Shown: positions 29,762 through 39,403, counted from the stretch's first letter. The stretch: DNA of 45,029 bases from an uncultured Holophagaceae bacterium (GCA_903839205.1 CAIMBM010000170.1:1-45029); one strand, 5' to 3'. Notes: generated from the letters alone by a model not told the origin. A program made the numbers and translations.

Positions 29762-30658
29762 ATGTCAAAGACCCGACCCACGCCCGAGCCTGATCTCCAC
29801 GCCGTCATCGAGGCCCTGGCGAAGGCCTCCACCGCCCTTTCAGAGATGCCCCTGGGGCGGCGGGATTTCCCTTCGCGAACGACCCTGGCCGCCCTGGTCG
29901 AAGACCTGCGGGCCCTGCTGTTCCCGGGCTATTTTGGGGCCTCCGAGCTGCGGGCGGACACCCTGCGCTACCACTTGGGCGCCTGCATGGACCGGGTGGC
30001 CCACGGCCTCGCGATCCAGATCCAGAGGGGCCTGATGGCCTCGGATGCCACTGCTGCAGACTGCGGTGAGCGTTCCCAGATCCTCGCCCGGGCCTTCCTC
30101 GCCCGCCTGCCGGACGTGCGCCACCTGCTGGCCACCGATATCCAGGCGGGTTTCGAGGGCGACCCCGCCGCCACCAGCCCGGAGGAGGTCCTCCTGTCCT
30201 ATCCCGGACTCCTGGCGGTCACCAGCCAGCGCTTGGCGCACGAGCTGCTGAAGCTGGGCGTGCCCCTGCTGCCCCGCATGATCACCGAACACGCCCACAG
30301 CCTCACGGGCATCGACATTCATCCCGGCGCCCAGATCGGCGAGCGGTTCTTCATCGACCATGGCACCGGCGTGGTCATCGGCGAGACCTGCATCATCGGC
30401 CGCAACGTGCGCCTCTACCAGGGCGTGACGCTGGGCGCCAAGAGCTTCCCCCTCGACGCCGAGGGCCATCCCATCAAGGGCGTGCCCCGCCACCCGGTCG
30501 TCGAGGATGACGTGATCGTCTACTCCAACGCCACCATCCTCGGCCGCATCACGCTGGGCAGGGGATCCGCCATCGGCGGCAACGTGTGGCTCACCCGCAG
30601 CGTGCCGCCGGGCAGCGTCATCACCCAGGCCAACGAGAAGGATGGGATGCCCTCGTGA
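29762..30658 (+). CDS. cysE: Serine O-acetyltransferase (CysE/EpsC type)
   Basis: GDPAA..EV.LSYPG, TGIDIHPGAQIG.RFFIDHGTGVVIGET, YQGVTLGA, RHP hexapeptide repeats. Confidence 0.9.
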   Translation: MSKTRPTPEPDLHAVIEALAKASTALSEMPLGRRDFPSRTTLAALVEDLRALLFPGYFGASELRADTLRYHLGACMDRVAHGLAIQIQRGLMASDATAADCGERSQILARAFLARLPDVRHLLATDIQAGFEGDPAATSPEEVLLSYPGLLAVTSQRLAHELLKLGVPLLPRMITEHAHSLTGIDIHPGAQIGERFFIDHGTGVVIGETCIIGRNVRLYQGVTLGAKSFPLDAEGHPIKGVPRHPVVEDDVIVYSNATILGRITLGRGSAIGGNVWLTRSVPPGSVITQANEKDGMPS

Positions 30659-30674
30659 AGGGGGGAGTGGCCCG

Positions 30675-31079
30675 ATGAGCACGATCCTGCGATTCATCTT
30701 TTCCGCCATCGGCCTGCTGGTGGCCTGCTCCTTCGTCCCCGGACTCGGGCATGGCTCCTTCCTGGACCTGCTCATCGTGGCCGTGCTCCTGGCCGCCCTG
30801 AACACCACCGTGGGGTCCTTCCTCAGGCTCATCGCCCTCGTCCCCATGGCCTGCTCCTTCGGCTGCTTCAGCCTCGTCATCAACGGCCTGGTCTTCTGGC
30901 TGGCGGGCGCGCTGTCCTCGAGGCTGGGGCTGAATTTCACGGTGAGCGGTTTCTGGGCCGGCTTCTTCGGGGCCCTGGTCTCCAGCCTCATTTCCTCCAT
31001 CCTCAACGGGATCTTCATCCCCAAGGACCGGCAGCGACCCCAGGGGCCCCCACCGACCATCAAGGTCGTGAACCCCTGA
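30675..31079 (+). CDS. YvlD/DUF360 ('phage holin family') 4-TM membrane protein
   Basis: LN..V..FL, FG.FSLVING, V.GFWAGFFGALV; GGGAG RBS. Confidence 0.8.
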   Translation: MSTILRFIFSAIGLLVACSFVPGLGHGSFLDLLIVAVLLAALNTTVGSFLRLIALVPMACSFGCFSLVINGLVFWLAGALSSRLGLNFTVSGFWAGFFGALVSSLISSILNGIFIPKDRQRPQGPPPTIKVVNP

Positions 31080-31094
31080 CCCGGCTGGTGCGCC

Positions 31095-31724
31095 TCAGGG
31101 CTGGGGCGGCAGCAGCACGGCATCCTTGAGGCGCACCGCGAACTGCGGGACGTCGCCCATGCCCCGGCGCCACTCCGTCTTGACCTTCGCGATCTTGTCC
31201 ACGGCGTCCATGCCTGCGATCACCCGGCCGAAGACGCAGTAGCCGTAGCCTTCGTCGCTCAGATCCCGGTGGTCCAGGCGGGGATTGTCCATCACGTTGA
31301 TGTAGAACTGGGACGTGGCGCTGTGGGGGGCGCCGGTGCGGGCCATGGCGATGGTGCCCCGGGTGTTCTTCAGCCCCCCCTTGAAGGTCTGGGGGGCCTC
31401 GTTCGGGATCGGGGGGCCATTGGGCTTCTCTTCCAGGTTCTCCAGGAGACCGCCGCCCTGGATCATGAAGCCCTCGATCACGCGGTGGAAGATGGTGCCC
31501 TTGTAGTGGCCATCCTGGACGCACTTCAGGAAGTTGGCCACGGTCTTCGGGGCCAGCTCCGGCTCCAGCTCCACCACCACGGGACCGTAGCTGGTGAGCA
31601 GCTGCACCCGGGGCTTGGCCGCGGGCGCGGGCACCCCGGCGGGCGGAGCCGCAGGGAGGGCCGTCGGGAGCTGCCCGGCCAAGGGGAGAATCAGAGCGAA
31701 GGAGCAGAGGAGGGCGCGGATCAC
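31095..31724 (-). CDS. ppiA: Cyclophilin-type peptidyl-prolyl cis-trans isomerase, exported
   Basis: Signal peptide, APKTVANF, FHRVIEGFMIQGGG, GTIAMART..SATSQFYIN, YCVFGRV. Confidence 0.9.
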   Translation of the reverse strand: MIRALLCSFALILPLAGQLPTALPAAPPAGVPAPAAKPRVQLLTSYGPVVVELEPELAPKTVANFLKCVQDGHYKGTIFHRVIEGFMIQGGGLLENLEEKPNGPPIPNEAPQTFKGGLKNTRGTIAMARTGAPHSATSQFYINVMDNPRLDHRDLSDEGYGYCVFGRVIAGMDAVDKIAKVKTEWRRGMGDVPQFAVRLKDAVLLPPQP

Positions 31725-31791
31725 GGTAACTCCGGATGGGGACCCTTCATTCTGCCGCGAATGGGGAGGAAGCTCCCGTTATCGTAGTGGC

Positions 31792-32706
31792 ATGCCCTAT
31801 TTGGACCTGACTCCCTGGATGATCTCGCTACTGCTCACCCCCTTCGGCCTGGTGGTGGGTTCTTTCGGGAACGTGCTCATCCACCGCCTGCCCCTGGAGG
31901 ACCCGGCCGAGCGGAATGTCATCACCAAGGCCAGCCACTGCCCCGGCTGCAAGGCCAGGATCAGGCCCTGGCACAACGTGCCCCTGCTCGGATGGCTGTG
32001 GCTACGGGGCCGCTGCGCCGCCTGCGGCTGGTGCATCCCGTTGCGCTACCCGCTGGTGGAGCTGCTCGGGGGGATCCTGTTCGCCGCCTCGCCCTGGATC
32101 TTCCCCTTCGGCACGCTCATCTGGTTCAAGGGCCTGGTCTGCGGGTTCGCCCTGATCGTGCTGTTCTTCACGGACTTCACCGAGATGATGCTGCCGGACG
32201 TGCTCCAGTTCCCCCTCATGGCCCTGGGGGTCCTGCTGGCCCTGCCCCAGATCCTGCGACCGGAGGCACTGACGCGGATCTGGACCGGTTCCGGCGACCT
32301 GCTCCAGGCCCTGGCCTTCCACAACGGCCTCCAGCCATCCCCCTCGTACCATGGCTTCGAGCCCGCCGTCACCTGGCAGGCCAGTCTCCTGGGCTTGGCC
32401 GTGGGTTATGGCGTGCCGGCCCTGATGAACCAGCTCTACAAATGGATCCGCAAGACCGACGGCCTGGGCATGGGCGACTTCAAGATGCTGGCCTGGCTCG
32501 GGGCCTTCTGGGGCTGGGGGCCCATGCTGGGGATCCTCTTCCTGGGGGCGGGCCTGGGCGCCGCCGTGGGCCTGCCCCTCATGCTCCTGCGCCGCTCCAG
32601 CGGCCAGACCATGCTGCCCTTCGGCTGCTTCCTGGCCCTGGCCACGCCCATCGTCGTCTTCTTCGGCCGGGCCCTGTGGCTGGGCTACCTGGGATGGATC
32701 GGGTAG
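31792..32706 (+). CDS. pilD: Type IV prepilin peptidase (A24)
   Basis: GSFGNVLIHRLP, SHCPGC...GRCAAC zinc site, YPLVEL, FTD..LPD, GMGDFK, PFG.FLA. Confidence 0.92.
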   Translation: MPYLDLTPWMISLLLTPFGLVVGSFGNVLIHRLPLEDPAERNVITKASHCPGCKARIRPWHNVPLLGWLWLRGRCAACGWCIPLRYPLVELLGGILFAASPWIFPFGTLIWFKGLVCGFALIVLFFTDFTEMMLPDVLQFPLMALGVLLALPQILRPEALTRIWTGSGDLLQALAFHNGLQPSPSYHGFEPAVTWQASLLGLAVGYGVPALMNQLYKWIRKTDGLGMGDFKMLAWLGAFWGWGPMLGILFLGAGLGAAVGLPLMLLRRSSGQTMLPFGCFLALATPIVVFFGRALWLGYLGWIG

Positions 32707-32716
32707 CCGGGCCGGC

Positions 32717-33121
32717 TTAGCCCTGCTGGCTCAACTCCATCAGCACGCCACCGGTCTCCGCCGGGTGGATGAAGGCCACGCGGCAGCCGTGCGCCCCGTT
32801 GCGCGGGGCCTGGTCGATCATGCGCACGCCCCTGGCCAGCAGGGTCGCCACCGCCTCGTCGATGTCGTCCACCTCGAAGCAGACATGGTGGATGCCGGGC
32901 CCCCGCTTCGCCAGGAACTTGCCGATGGGGCCTTCGGGATCGGTGCTCTCCAGGTATTCCAGGGTGCTCGGGCCCACGGGAAAGAAGGCCGTCTTCACCT
33001 TCTGCTCGGCCACTTCCTCCGTATGGTCGGCCCCCATGTCGAAGAGCCGCGCCATGCGCCCCATGGCCTCGTCGAGGCCCGGCGTCGCGATGCCCAGGTG
33101 GTTGATGCGGAGCAGTTTCAT
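32717..33121 (-). CDS. mce: Methylmalonyl-CoA epimerase
   Basis: INHLGIA, GPGIHHVCFEVDDI, GAHG..VAFIHP..GGVLMEL. Confidence 0.9.
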   Translation of the reverse strand: MKLLRINHLGIATPGLDEAMGRMARLFDMGADHTEEVAEQKVKTAFFPVGPSTLEYLESTDPEGPIGKFLAKRGPGIHHVCFEVDDIDEAVATLLARGVRMIDQAPRNGAHGCRVAFIHPAETGGVLMELSQQG

Positions 33122-33141
33122 CCGACCAGCTTAAACCATCC

Positions 33142-33384
33142 TCAGTGCTGGCAGGCGGGGGCCATGCCCAGGGTCACGGTGCCCTCGGTCACGCGGAGCT
33201 TGCCCTTGCTGCCCAGGAAGGCGATCACGCCATCGAAGTCGAAGGTGTCCCCGCCGCAGTTGCAGTAGACGGCCTCGGCCCCGTGGGCGGCGCTGGCCGC
33301 GAGGCGCAGGTCCTCGAGGCGGCAGGCTCCGCCCTGCTCCACAATCAGGCTCAGCAGGTCGTGGCCGTAGAGGGGTTCGGACAT
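33142..33384 (-). CDS. YecH-like (DUF2492) small metal-binding protein
   Basis: GHDLL, CNC, FL..KGK, C-terminal CQH; GGAG RBS. Confidence 0.7.
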   Translation of the reverse strand: MSEPLYGHDLLSLIVEQGGACRLEDLRLAASAAHGAEAVYCNCGGDTFDFDGVIAFLGSKGKLRVTEGTVTLGMAPACQH

Positions 33385-33395
33385 GGGGGCTCCAA

Positions 33396-33426
33396 TTCAG
33401 GAGTCGAGGCTCCTGAACTCATTCTA
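33396..33426 (-). promoter_or_regulatory. -10 box TAGAAT with 8-bp inverted repeat TTCAGGAG-N6-CTCCTGAA over the expected start site
   Basis: TAGAAT at 33426-33421; perfect IR 33396-33403/33410-33417. Confidence 0.5.
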
Positions 33427-33448
33427 GCGCCAGGAGCGGTGATGGCGG

Positions 33449-34458
<1,010 letters not shown>

Positions 34459-34459
<1 letters not shown>

Positions 34460-35124
34460 CAGTCCACCCCGAACCCGGCGCTGCGCAGGAGGGGCGCCAC
34501 CCGGACCCAGATGGCGGTTTCGACCTGATCCACCGGATCCCGGGCCGGAACGAGCGCCACCCGGTTGGGATGGTTCTGGGCGATGACGAGGAAGCGGTTC
34601 CGCACGCGCCGGTGGAAGTCCAGCTCGGCTTCGTCGAAGCGCGTCTCCGCAAACTCGCCACCCAGGGCCAGGTTGCGCACCTCCACGCGCTGCAGGGAGA
34701 CTTCGGGATCCATGTCCAGCAGGACGGTCAGGTTGGGCCTCAGGCCTCGCAGCACCAGCTCGCTGAGGCGGTCAAGGGTGGCTTCGGCCACGCCGCTGGC
34801 CCCCTGGTAGGCCCGGGTGGAATCCTCGAAGCGATCCACCAGGATGACCTTCCCCCCGGCCAGGGAGGGCCGGATCACGGTTTCGAGGTGCTGAGCCCGG
34901 TCCGCGTAGAACAGGAGGAGCTCGGCTTCTGAGCACCAGGTCTCACCGCTGTCGTGGCGCTCCAGCAGCAGGCGGCGCAGTTCACGCCCCAGGGCGGTGC
35001 CCCCGGGCTCCTTGGACACCACCACCGGCAGGCCCAAACGCCGCAGGTGCTCGGAGAGGCGCAGCAGCTGGGTGGACTTGCCTGAGCCCTCCACCCCCTC
35101 GATGGTGATGAACACGCCCTGCAC
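34459..35124 (-). CDS. tmk: Thymidylate kinase
   Basis: FITIEGVEGSGKSTQ, EPGGT, ADRAQH, DRF.DST.AYQG. Confidence 0.95.
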
Positions 35125-35227
35125 GGGACCTCCATGGTTCGAGGATACCCGGCCCGGCTGAAGTGCAGGGGCCGGGCGACAGGTCCAGGACAGGGTGCTA
35201 TCCTGCTCGAAACACCAGGAGTAACCG

Positions 35228-36322
35228 GTGGCCGAAGCGATTCATTGCCCGAGCTGCACCACCCGCTACCGCCTTCGCCCCGAGCGGCTGAAGCCGGCCA
35301 TCCGCCGGGCCAAGTGCTTCACCTGCGGCGGCGAGTTCCCGGTCGAGGAAGTCGTGCAAAGGCTTCTCGCCCCCCCTGCAGAAGAACTCGCCGGGCCCTT
35401 CGCGCCCCATCCCATGGATGGGTTGGACGCGATGGACGCCATGGATGCAATGGTGCAGGAGGAACTGGCCCAGGCCTCGGACTCAGCGCCGGCCCTCAGC
35501 CTCAGCGACCTTGAGAACACCGACCCGGGCCTCCTGGAGGCGAGCCTGGCGGCCGCTCCTGGTTCCGCGCCGGAGGCCGAGGCAGAGGCCGAGGAAGCCG
35601 GCTCCTACCCCCCCGAGATCACGGATACCACCCTCTCGGGCTACACCTCCGCCAGGGATGCCATCGACAAACTGTTCGGCCCTCCCCCCCAGACCGATCT
35701 GGCCTTGAAGCTCAATCCCGACACCAAGCTGATGGACCTTGAAGCGACCTTGGCAGCCTTTGAAAACACCCTCGGAGCCTCCCAGCCCGCGCCTGACGCA
35801 GGGAGCCAAGGGGCGCTGGGAAGCCGGCCTGCGGCCCCAGCCTGGAACGAGGACAGCCTGGCGGAAGCGTCCAACTCCACCATGAGCCTCTCGCAGGAGG
35901 ACATCCTGGCCGCCCTCGCGGCCACTCCGCCGCACCCTTCCTACACCGCACCCATTTCCGTTCCTGCAAGTCCCACTCCAGTGTCCCCGCGACCCGCGAC
36001 AGCGGCTGCCTTCGCGCCCCTTCCGGGATCCTCGGAAGCCAGCGAGGAGATGCTGCGTCTGAAAATCGGCGAGGAGATCTACACCGGTCTCACCATGCCG
36101 CAGCTGATCGGTTGGGTAGAGGAGGGCCGCATCCTCGAAAACCATCTGGTGGCCCGGCAGCACAGCGAGAACTGGCTCGAAGCCCACAAGGTGCCGGGGC
36201 TTCGCCCCGCCTTCGAGCGCCTCCGCCGGGAGAGGAACAGCGTGGCGTCCAGCCTGGACCCGGGGCCTGGAGATTCGTCCCAGAAGAAGAGCCTCTTCGG
36301 CGGGCTGTTCGGGAAGAACTGA
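35228..36322 (+). CDS. Zinc-ribbon (MJ0042-like finger) protein with acidic/Pro-rich linker and GYF_2-like C-terminal domain
   Basis: CPSC.TRY...KCFTC.GEF; L..WVEEGRI....LV....ENW; AGGAG RBS and TGnTATCCT extended -10. Confidence 0.72.
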   Translation: MAEAIHCPSCTTRYRLRPERLKPAIRRAKCFTCGGEFPVEEVVQRLLAPPAEELAGPFAPHPMDGLDAMDAMDAMVQEELAQASDSAPALSLSDLENTDPGLLEASLAAAPGSAPEAEAEAEEAGSYPPEITDTTLSGYTSARDAIDKLFGPPPQTDLALKLNPDTKLMDLEATLAAFENTLGASQPAPDAGSQGALGSRPAAPAWNEDSLAEASNSTMSLSQEDILAALAATPPHPSYTAPISVPASPTPVSPRPATAAAFAPLPGSSEASEEMLRLKIGEEIYTGLTMPQLIGWVEEGRILENHLVARQHSENWLEAHKVPGLRPAFERLRRERNSVASSLDPGPGDSSQKKSLFGGLFGKN

Positions 36323-36323
36323 G

Positions 36324-36905
36324 ATGCAGAGCCTCCTCCTCGCCGCCGTCGCTGTCCTTGGCCTGGCCCAGGAACCGCCGCTCCAGATCCCGCCCCCGCC
36401 GGTCGCGCCTCCCGCCCAGGGCCCGGTGCAGTCCTCGGGTCCAGCCCTGCCGCCCAAGCTTCAGGCCCCGGTGCCTCCACCACCGGTGGCAGGCGCCGCA
36501 CCCCCGGCTACCGTGGCCCCGCTCGGCTTCTTCTCCGAGACCTTCCCCTATGCCTGGGACCGGGCCATTCCCCTGTCCATCAACCTGGACGGCCTCAAGG
36601 TGAACAGCATCTTCTTCAACAAGCGGGTGCTCGAACCTGGCTTCTTCAACATCTTCAAGGGTGCTGAATTCGGGACCAGGGCCCAGGTCGAGGTCACCAA
36701 CACGGGCAAGGTACCCAAGGTCCCCGGCTTCGCCGTGGCCGTCCTCGACAAGAATGGGCGCCTCCTCGGCGTGGCCTCCGGCGGCACCAAATTCGGCACG
36801 GTCGAACCCGGGGAGACCGAGACCTTCGACCTGAACTTCACCCAGGTGAAGGAGCGCCTCGCCTTCGGCGACAGGTTCCTGCTGGCCATCGAACTGCGGG
36901 ATTAA
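36324..36905 (+). CDS. Exported protein with Pro-rich linker and Ig-like (FxLYD/DUF3426-like) C-terminal domain
   Basis: Signal peptide; VTNTG...AVLDKNGRLLG...VEPGETETF; ATG 1 nt after the upstream stop. Confidence 0.65.
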   Translation: MQSLLLAAVAVLGLAQEPPLQIPPPPVAPPAQGPVQSSGPALPPKLQAPVPPPPVAGAAPPATVAPLGFFSETFPYAWDRAIPLSINLDGLKVNSIFFNKRVLEPGFFNIFKGAEFGTRAQVEVTNTGKVPKVPGFAVAVLDKNGRLLGVASGGTKFGTVEPGETETFDLNFTQVKERLAFGDRFLLAIELRD

Positions 36906-37906
36906 TTAGCTTCCTGCTCGCGGAAATGGGCGAGGATTTCTTCCGGGGTGGCCGTGGCCGTGCCGACCTTGGCCACCACCACTCCCGCGGCGGCGTTGGC
37001 CAGCATGGCGGCCTCGCGCCAATCGGCCCCGGCCGCGATGGCGGCACTGAAGGCCGCGATGACGGTGTCACCCGCACCGCTCACGTCGAACACTTCCCGG
37101 GCCTCCGTGGGGATCATCCAGGGAGCCGCCTGCTCGGAATCCGCCGAGAAGAGCGCCATGCCCCGCTCACTGCGCGTCACCAGCAGGCCCTTGAGGCCCA
37201 GTTCGGCCATGAGGGCCCGGCCCGCAATGGTCACCTCCATGTCCGACCTCGCGTTGTGCAGGGTCAGTTCTGAGGTCTCCTTGGTGTTGGGTGTCATCAG
37301 GGTGGCGCCCCGGTACAGCGCCTTGTGGGCCGGCTTGGGGTCCACGATCCAGGGCACGTTGCGGGCGGCGCAAAGGTCCCGCACCGCCTGCATGACGGGC
37401 TCGCTGACCGCGCCCTTGGCGTAGTCGGAGACGATCAGCGCGGAAGCCGTGGCGATGGCCCGTTCCAGGCGGTCCTTCAACCCCAGGAGCACGGCCGCGT
37501 CCGGCGGGCCGGGCTCCTCCCGGTCGATGCGAAGCATCTGCTGCTGCTGCCCGACGACGCGGGTCTTGATGATGGTGGGGCGCGAGGTGTCCAGCACCAG
37601 TCCCGAGATGGACACGCCTAGGCCCGTCAGCAGTCCCAGGACCCGGTCGCCTGCGGAGTCCTTCTGGAGGGTGCCGATCAGCAGCGGCTCGGCCCCAAGG
37701 GCCTTGAGGTTGGCCGCCACGTTGGCGGCACCGCCCAGCACCGCCTGTTCCCGGGTGATCCGCACGATGGGCACCGGGGCTTCGGGAGAGATGCGGCTCA
37801 CTTCGCCGAAGAGGTACTCGTCCAGCATCACGTCGCCCAGCACGGCCACCTTGCGGCCTTCCATGCGCTGGAGCAGGACCTCGGCCTGGGAACGATCCAG
37901 TCTCAC
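36902..37906 (-). CDS. rfaE1: D-glycero-D-manno-heptose-7-phosphate kinase (RfaE/HldE kinase domain, standalone)
   Basis: GDVMLDEY..G.VSRISPEAPVP, GGAANVA, SDYAKG, TPN..E, TRSERGM, EVFDVSGAGDTV. Confidence 0.92.
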   Translation of the reverse strand: MRLDRSQAEVLLQRMEGRKVAVLGDVMLDEYLFGEVSRISPEAPVPIVRITREQAVLGGAANVAANLKALGAEPLLIGTLQKDSAGDRVLGLLTGLGVSISGLVLDTSRPTIIKTRVVGQQQQMLRIDREEPGPPDAAVLLGLKDRLERAIATASALIVSDYAKGAVSEPVMQAVRDLCAARNVPWIVDPKPAHKALYRGATLMTPNTKETSELTLHNARSDMEVTIAGRALMAELGLKGLLVTRSERGMALFSADSEQAAPWMIPTEAREVFDVSGAGDTVIAAFSAAIAAGADWREAAMLANAAAGVVVAKVGTATATPEEILAHFREQEAN

Positions 37907-38070
37907 TTCTCCACCTTCTTCGCCGCATCCACGAGCATCACCGGGATCCCATCCTCGATGGGGAACAGCAGGCCGCATCCCTGGCAGTGCAGCCCTTCGG
38001 CCTTCTCGACCAGGTCGCCGTGACAGTCGGGGCAGCAGAGAATCTCGAGAAGGCGAGGATCGAGGGACAT
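37903..38070 (-). CDS. Trm112/YcaR family protein (55 aa; absent from the supplied ORF track)
   Basis: Manual translation MSLDPRLLEILCCPDCHGDL...CQGCGLLFPIEDGIPVMLVDAAKKVEK; GTGA overlap with the heptose kinase. Confidence 0.9.
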   Translation of the reverse strand: MSLDPRLLEILCCPDCHGDLVEKAEGLHCQGCGLLFPIEDGIPVMLVDAAKKVEK

Positions 38071-38107
38071 AGGAAAAAGCTAGCAGGTGTCCCCGCCGCC
38101 GGGCAGC

Positions 38108-38137
38108 AAAAAGGAGGGGCCGACGGGTCGGCCCCTT
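38108..38137 (-). terminator. Intrinsic terminator downstream of the porin gene
   Basis: Minus strand AGGGGCCGAC-CC-GTCGGCCCCT followed by CCTTTTT. Confidence 0.75.
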
Positions 38138-38247
38138 CACCAATTCAGCACCAGGACAACCCTGACCATCAGGTTTGGATCGCAGGTGGCTTCGGGTTGT
38201 CGTGGTGCCTTGGTGAACTGGTGGGTTGCGGATTCGATTCGCTTTTC
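38136..38247. ncRNA. Candidate structured RNA (long interrupted hairpin), family unknown
   Basis: Nested pairings TTCACCAA/TTGGTGAA, GCACCA/TGGTGC, GACAACCC/GGGTTGTC, plus a small hairpin and T-tract at 38228-38246. Confidence 0.4.
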
Positions 38248-38262
38248 TGGATGGAGGCTGGA

Positions 38263-39069
38263 TCAGAAGGCCTTGGTGATGGTGAAGGTCACGCGGCCCT
38301 TGCCGATGTTCCGTCCGAAGAGGTTGTCGTAGCCGAGGTCCTTGGTGTCCGCGTTGGTGCCCGCCAGGGTCAAGGTCCAGTCCTTGAGCGCGACCGCGAT
38401 GCCGAGCTTGTAGTCCGTGTAGCCGAGCAGGGAATTGGTCCCGGAGAAGGGCGTGTTGAAGGTGGTCTTGCCGCCGTGGGCCAGCACAGTCCAGCCGCTG
38501 TCCCCCAGGGGATAGGCCAGGCTGAGGTCCACGTAGCTGGATCCCTCGGCATCGGCGATTCCGAAGTCCCCCCCGCTGATCACCCGCGAGTACTTGAGGC
38601 TGGCCCAACTGTAGCTGAGGCCCAGGTAGGCCTCCGTGGTGTTGAAGTTGACGCCGGTGACACCGCTGTAGTCGCCAGGGTAGAGATAGCGGTAGAGCCC
38701 GAGGTCCAGGGTCCAGTCCTTGGCGAAGGCCCACTTGTAGCCCCCGAAGACGTCCAGCTCCACACCGGCGGAGACCGGCCCGGAGAGCGGGGTGTCGGTG
38801 ATCCAGGAGATGTTGCTCAGGGCAGTGCTGAGGTAGAAGCCCGTGGGGTGCACCAGGTCCAGCTCAGCCTGGACGGTGGGCTTCCCGTCCGTCTGCGTGA
38901 GTCCGCGGAAGATGTACTGGGAACCGACGGTGGTGGAGCCGGTCAGGGCGAACCCTAGGATCGAGGGGGGGGCCGGAGGCGCGGGGGCAGGCGCAGGCGC
39001 GGCTGGGCTCTGGGCCACCAGGGGGCCGGCCAGGGCCGCCAACACGAATAGGGTCTTGGAAAGATGCAT
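38263..39069 (-). CDS. TorF / TIGR02001 (Gcw_chp) family putative outer-membrane porin
   Basis: Signal peptide, SQYIFRGLTQT..PTVQ, ELDVFGGYK, DLGLYRYLYPG, YTDYKLG, terminal Phe. Confidence 0.85.
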   Translation of the reverse strand: MHLSKTLFVLAALAGPLVAQSPAAPAPAPAPPAPPSILGFALTGSTTVGSQYIFRGLTQTDGKPTVQAELDLVHPTGFYLSTALSNISWITDTPLSGPVSAGVELDVFGGYKWAFAKDWTLDLGLYRYLYPGDYSGVTGVNFNTTEAYLGLSYSWASLKYSRVISGGDFGIADAEGSSYVDLSLAYPLGDSGWTVLAHGGKTTFNTPFSGTNSLLGYTDYKLGIAVALKDWTLTLAGTNADTKDLGYDNLFGRNIGKGRVTFTITKAF

Positions 39070-39110
39070 GACATGCTCCGAAAAAGAGTGGGCTGGGCAG
39101 CCTCAGGGGC

Positions 39111-39344
39111 TCAGGAGTGCGGGTGTTCCGGGGTATGGGAAGAGCGGGCCTGTTGCCTTAAACCATGAGGTGCGCGCCCTGGGGCGCACCTGTCGGGGGG
39201 TGTGGCAAAGAGCGGAGAAATGGCCGCGATGGCCACCGCCACGGCGAGGGCCCGGTGCAGGGTCCGCCGCTTCCCGGGATACCCCTCGATTTCGGGATCC
39301 GTGAGGGACACGGCCCTGAGCTTTTGCTGTGATTGGCCCGCCAT
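39111..39344 (-). CDS. Candidate 77-aa small protein with one hydrophobic segment
   Basis: GGGGAGG RBS 5 nt before ATG; first ORF after a sigma54-like promoter; ALAVAVAIAAISPLFA. Confidence 0.45.
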   Translation of the reverse strand: MAGQSQQKLRAVSLTDPEIEGYPGKRRTLHRALAVAVAIAAISPLFATPPDRCAPGRAPHGLRQQARSSHTPEHPHS

Positions 39345-39403
39345 GCTCGCCTCCCCTCTGCAAGTCCGGGGGACCTGCAGGGGTCCCTCCTGAGAATCCA
39401 GGG

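Noticed and set aside
30675-31079. 'Phage holin family' gene as evidence of a prophage
   Set aside because: YvlD-type genes are common chromosomal genes; no endolysin, integrase or structural genes nearby
34875-35135. ATG 6 nt after TATCCT upstream of tmk as a leaderless 86-aa ORF
   Set aside because: Out of frame within tmk and non-protein-like; better read as an 11-nt leader containing the GGAGG SD for the tmk GTG
38160-38195. SRP (4.5S) or 6S RNA identity for the long hairpin
   Set aside because: The CAGG...GCAG apex is too short and lacks the GNRA-capped helix of SRP; no recognisable 6S conserved segments
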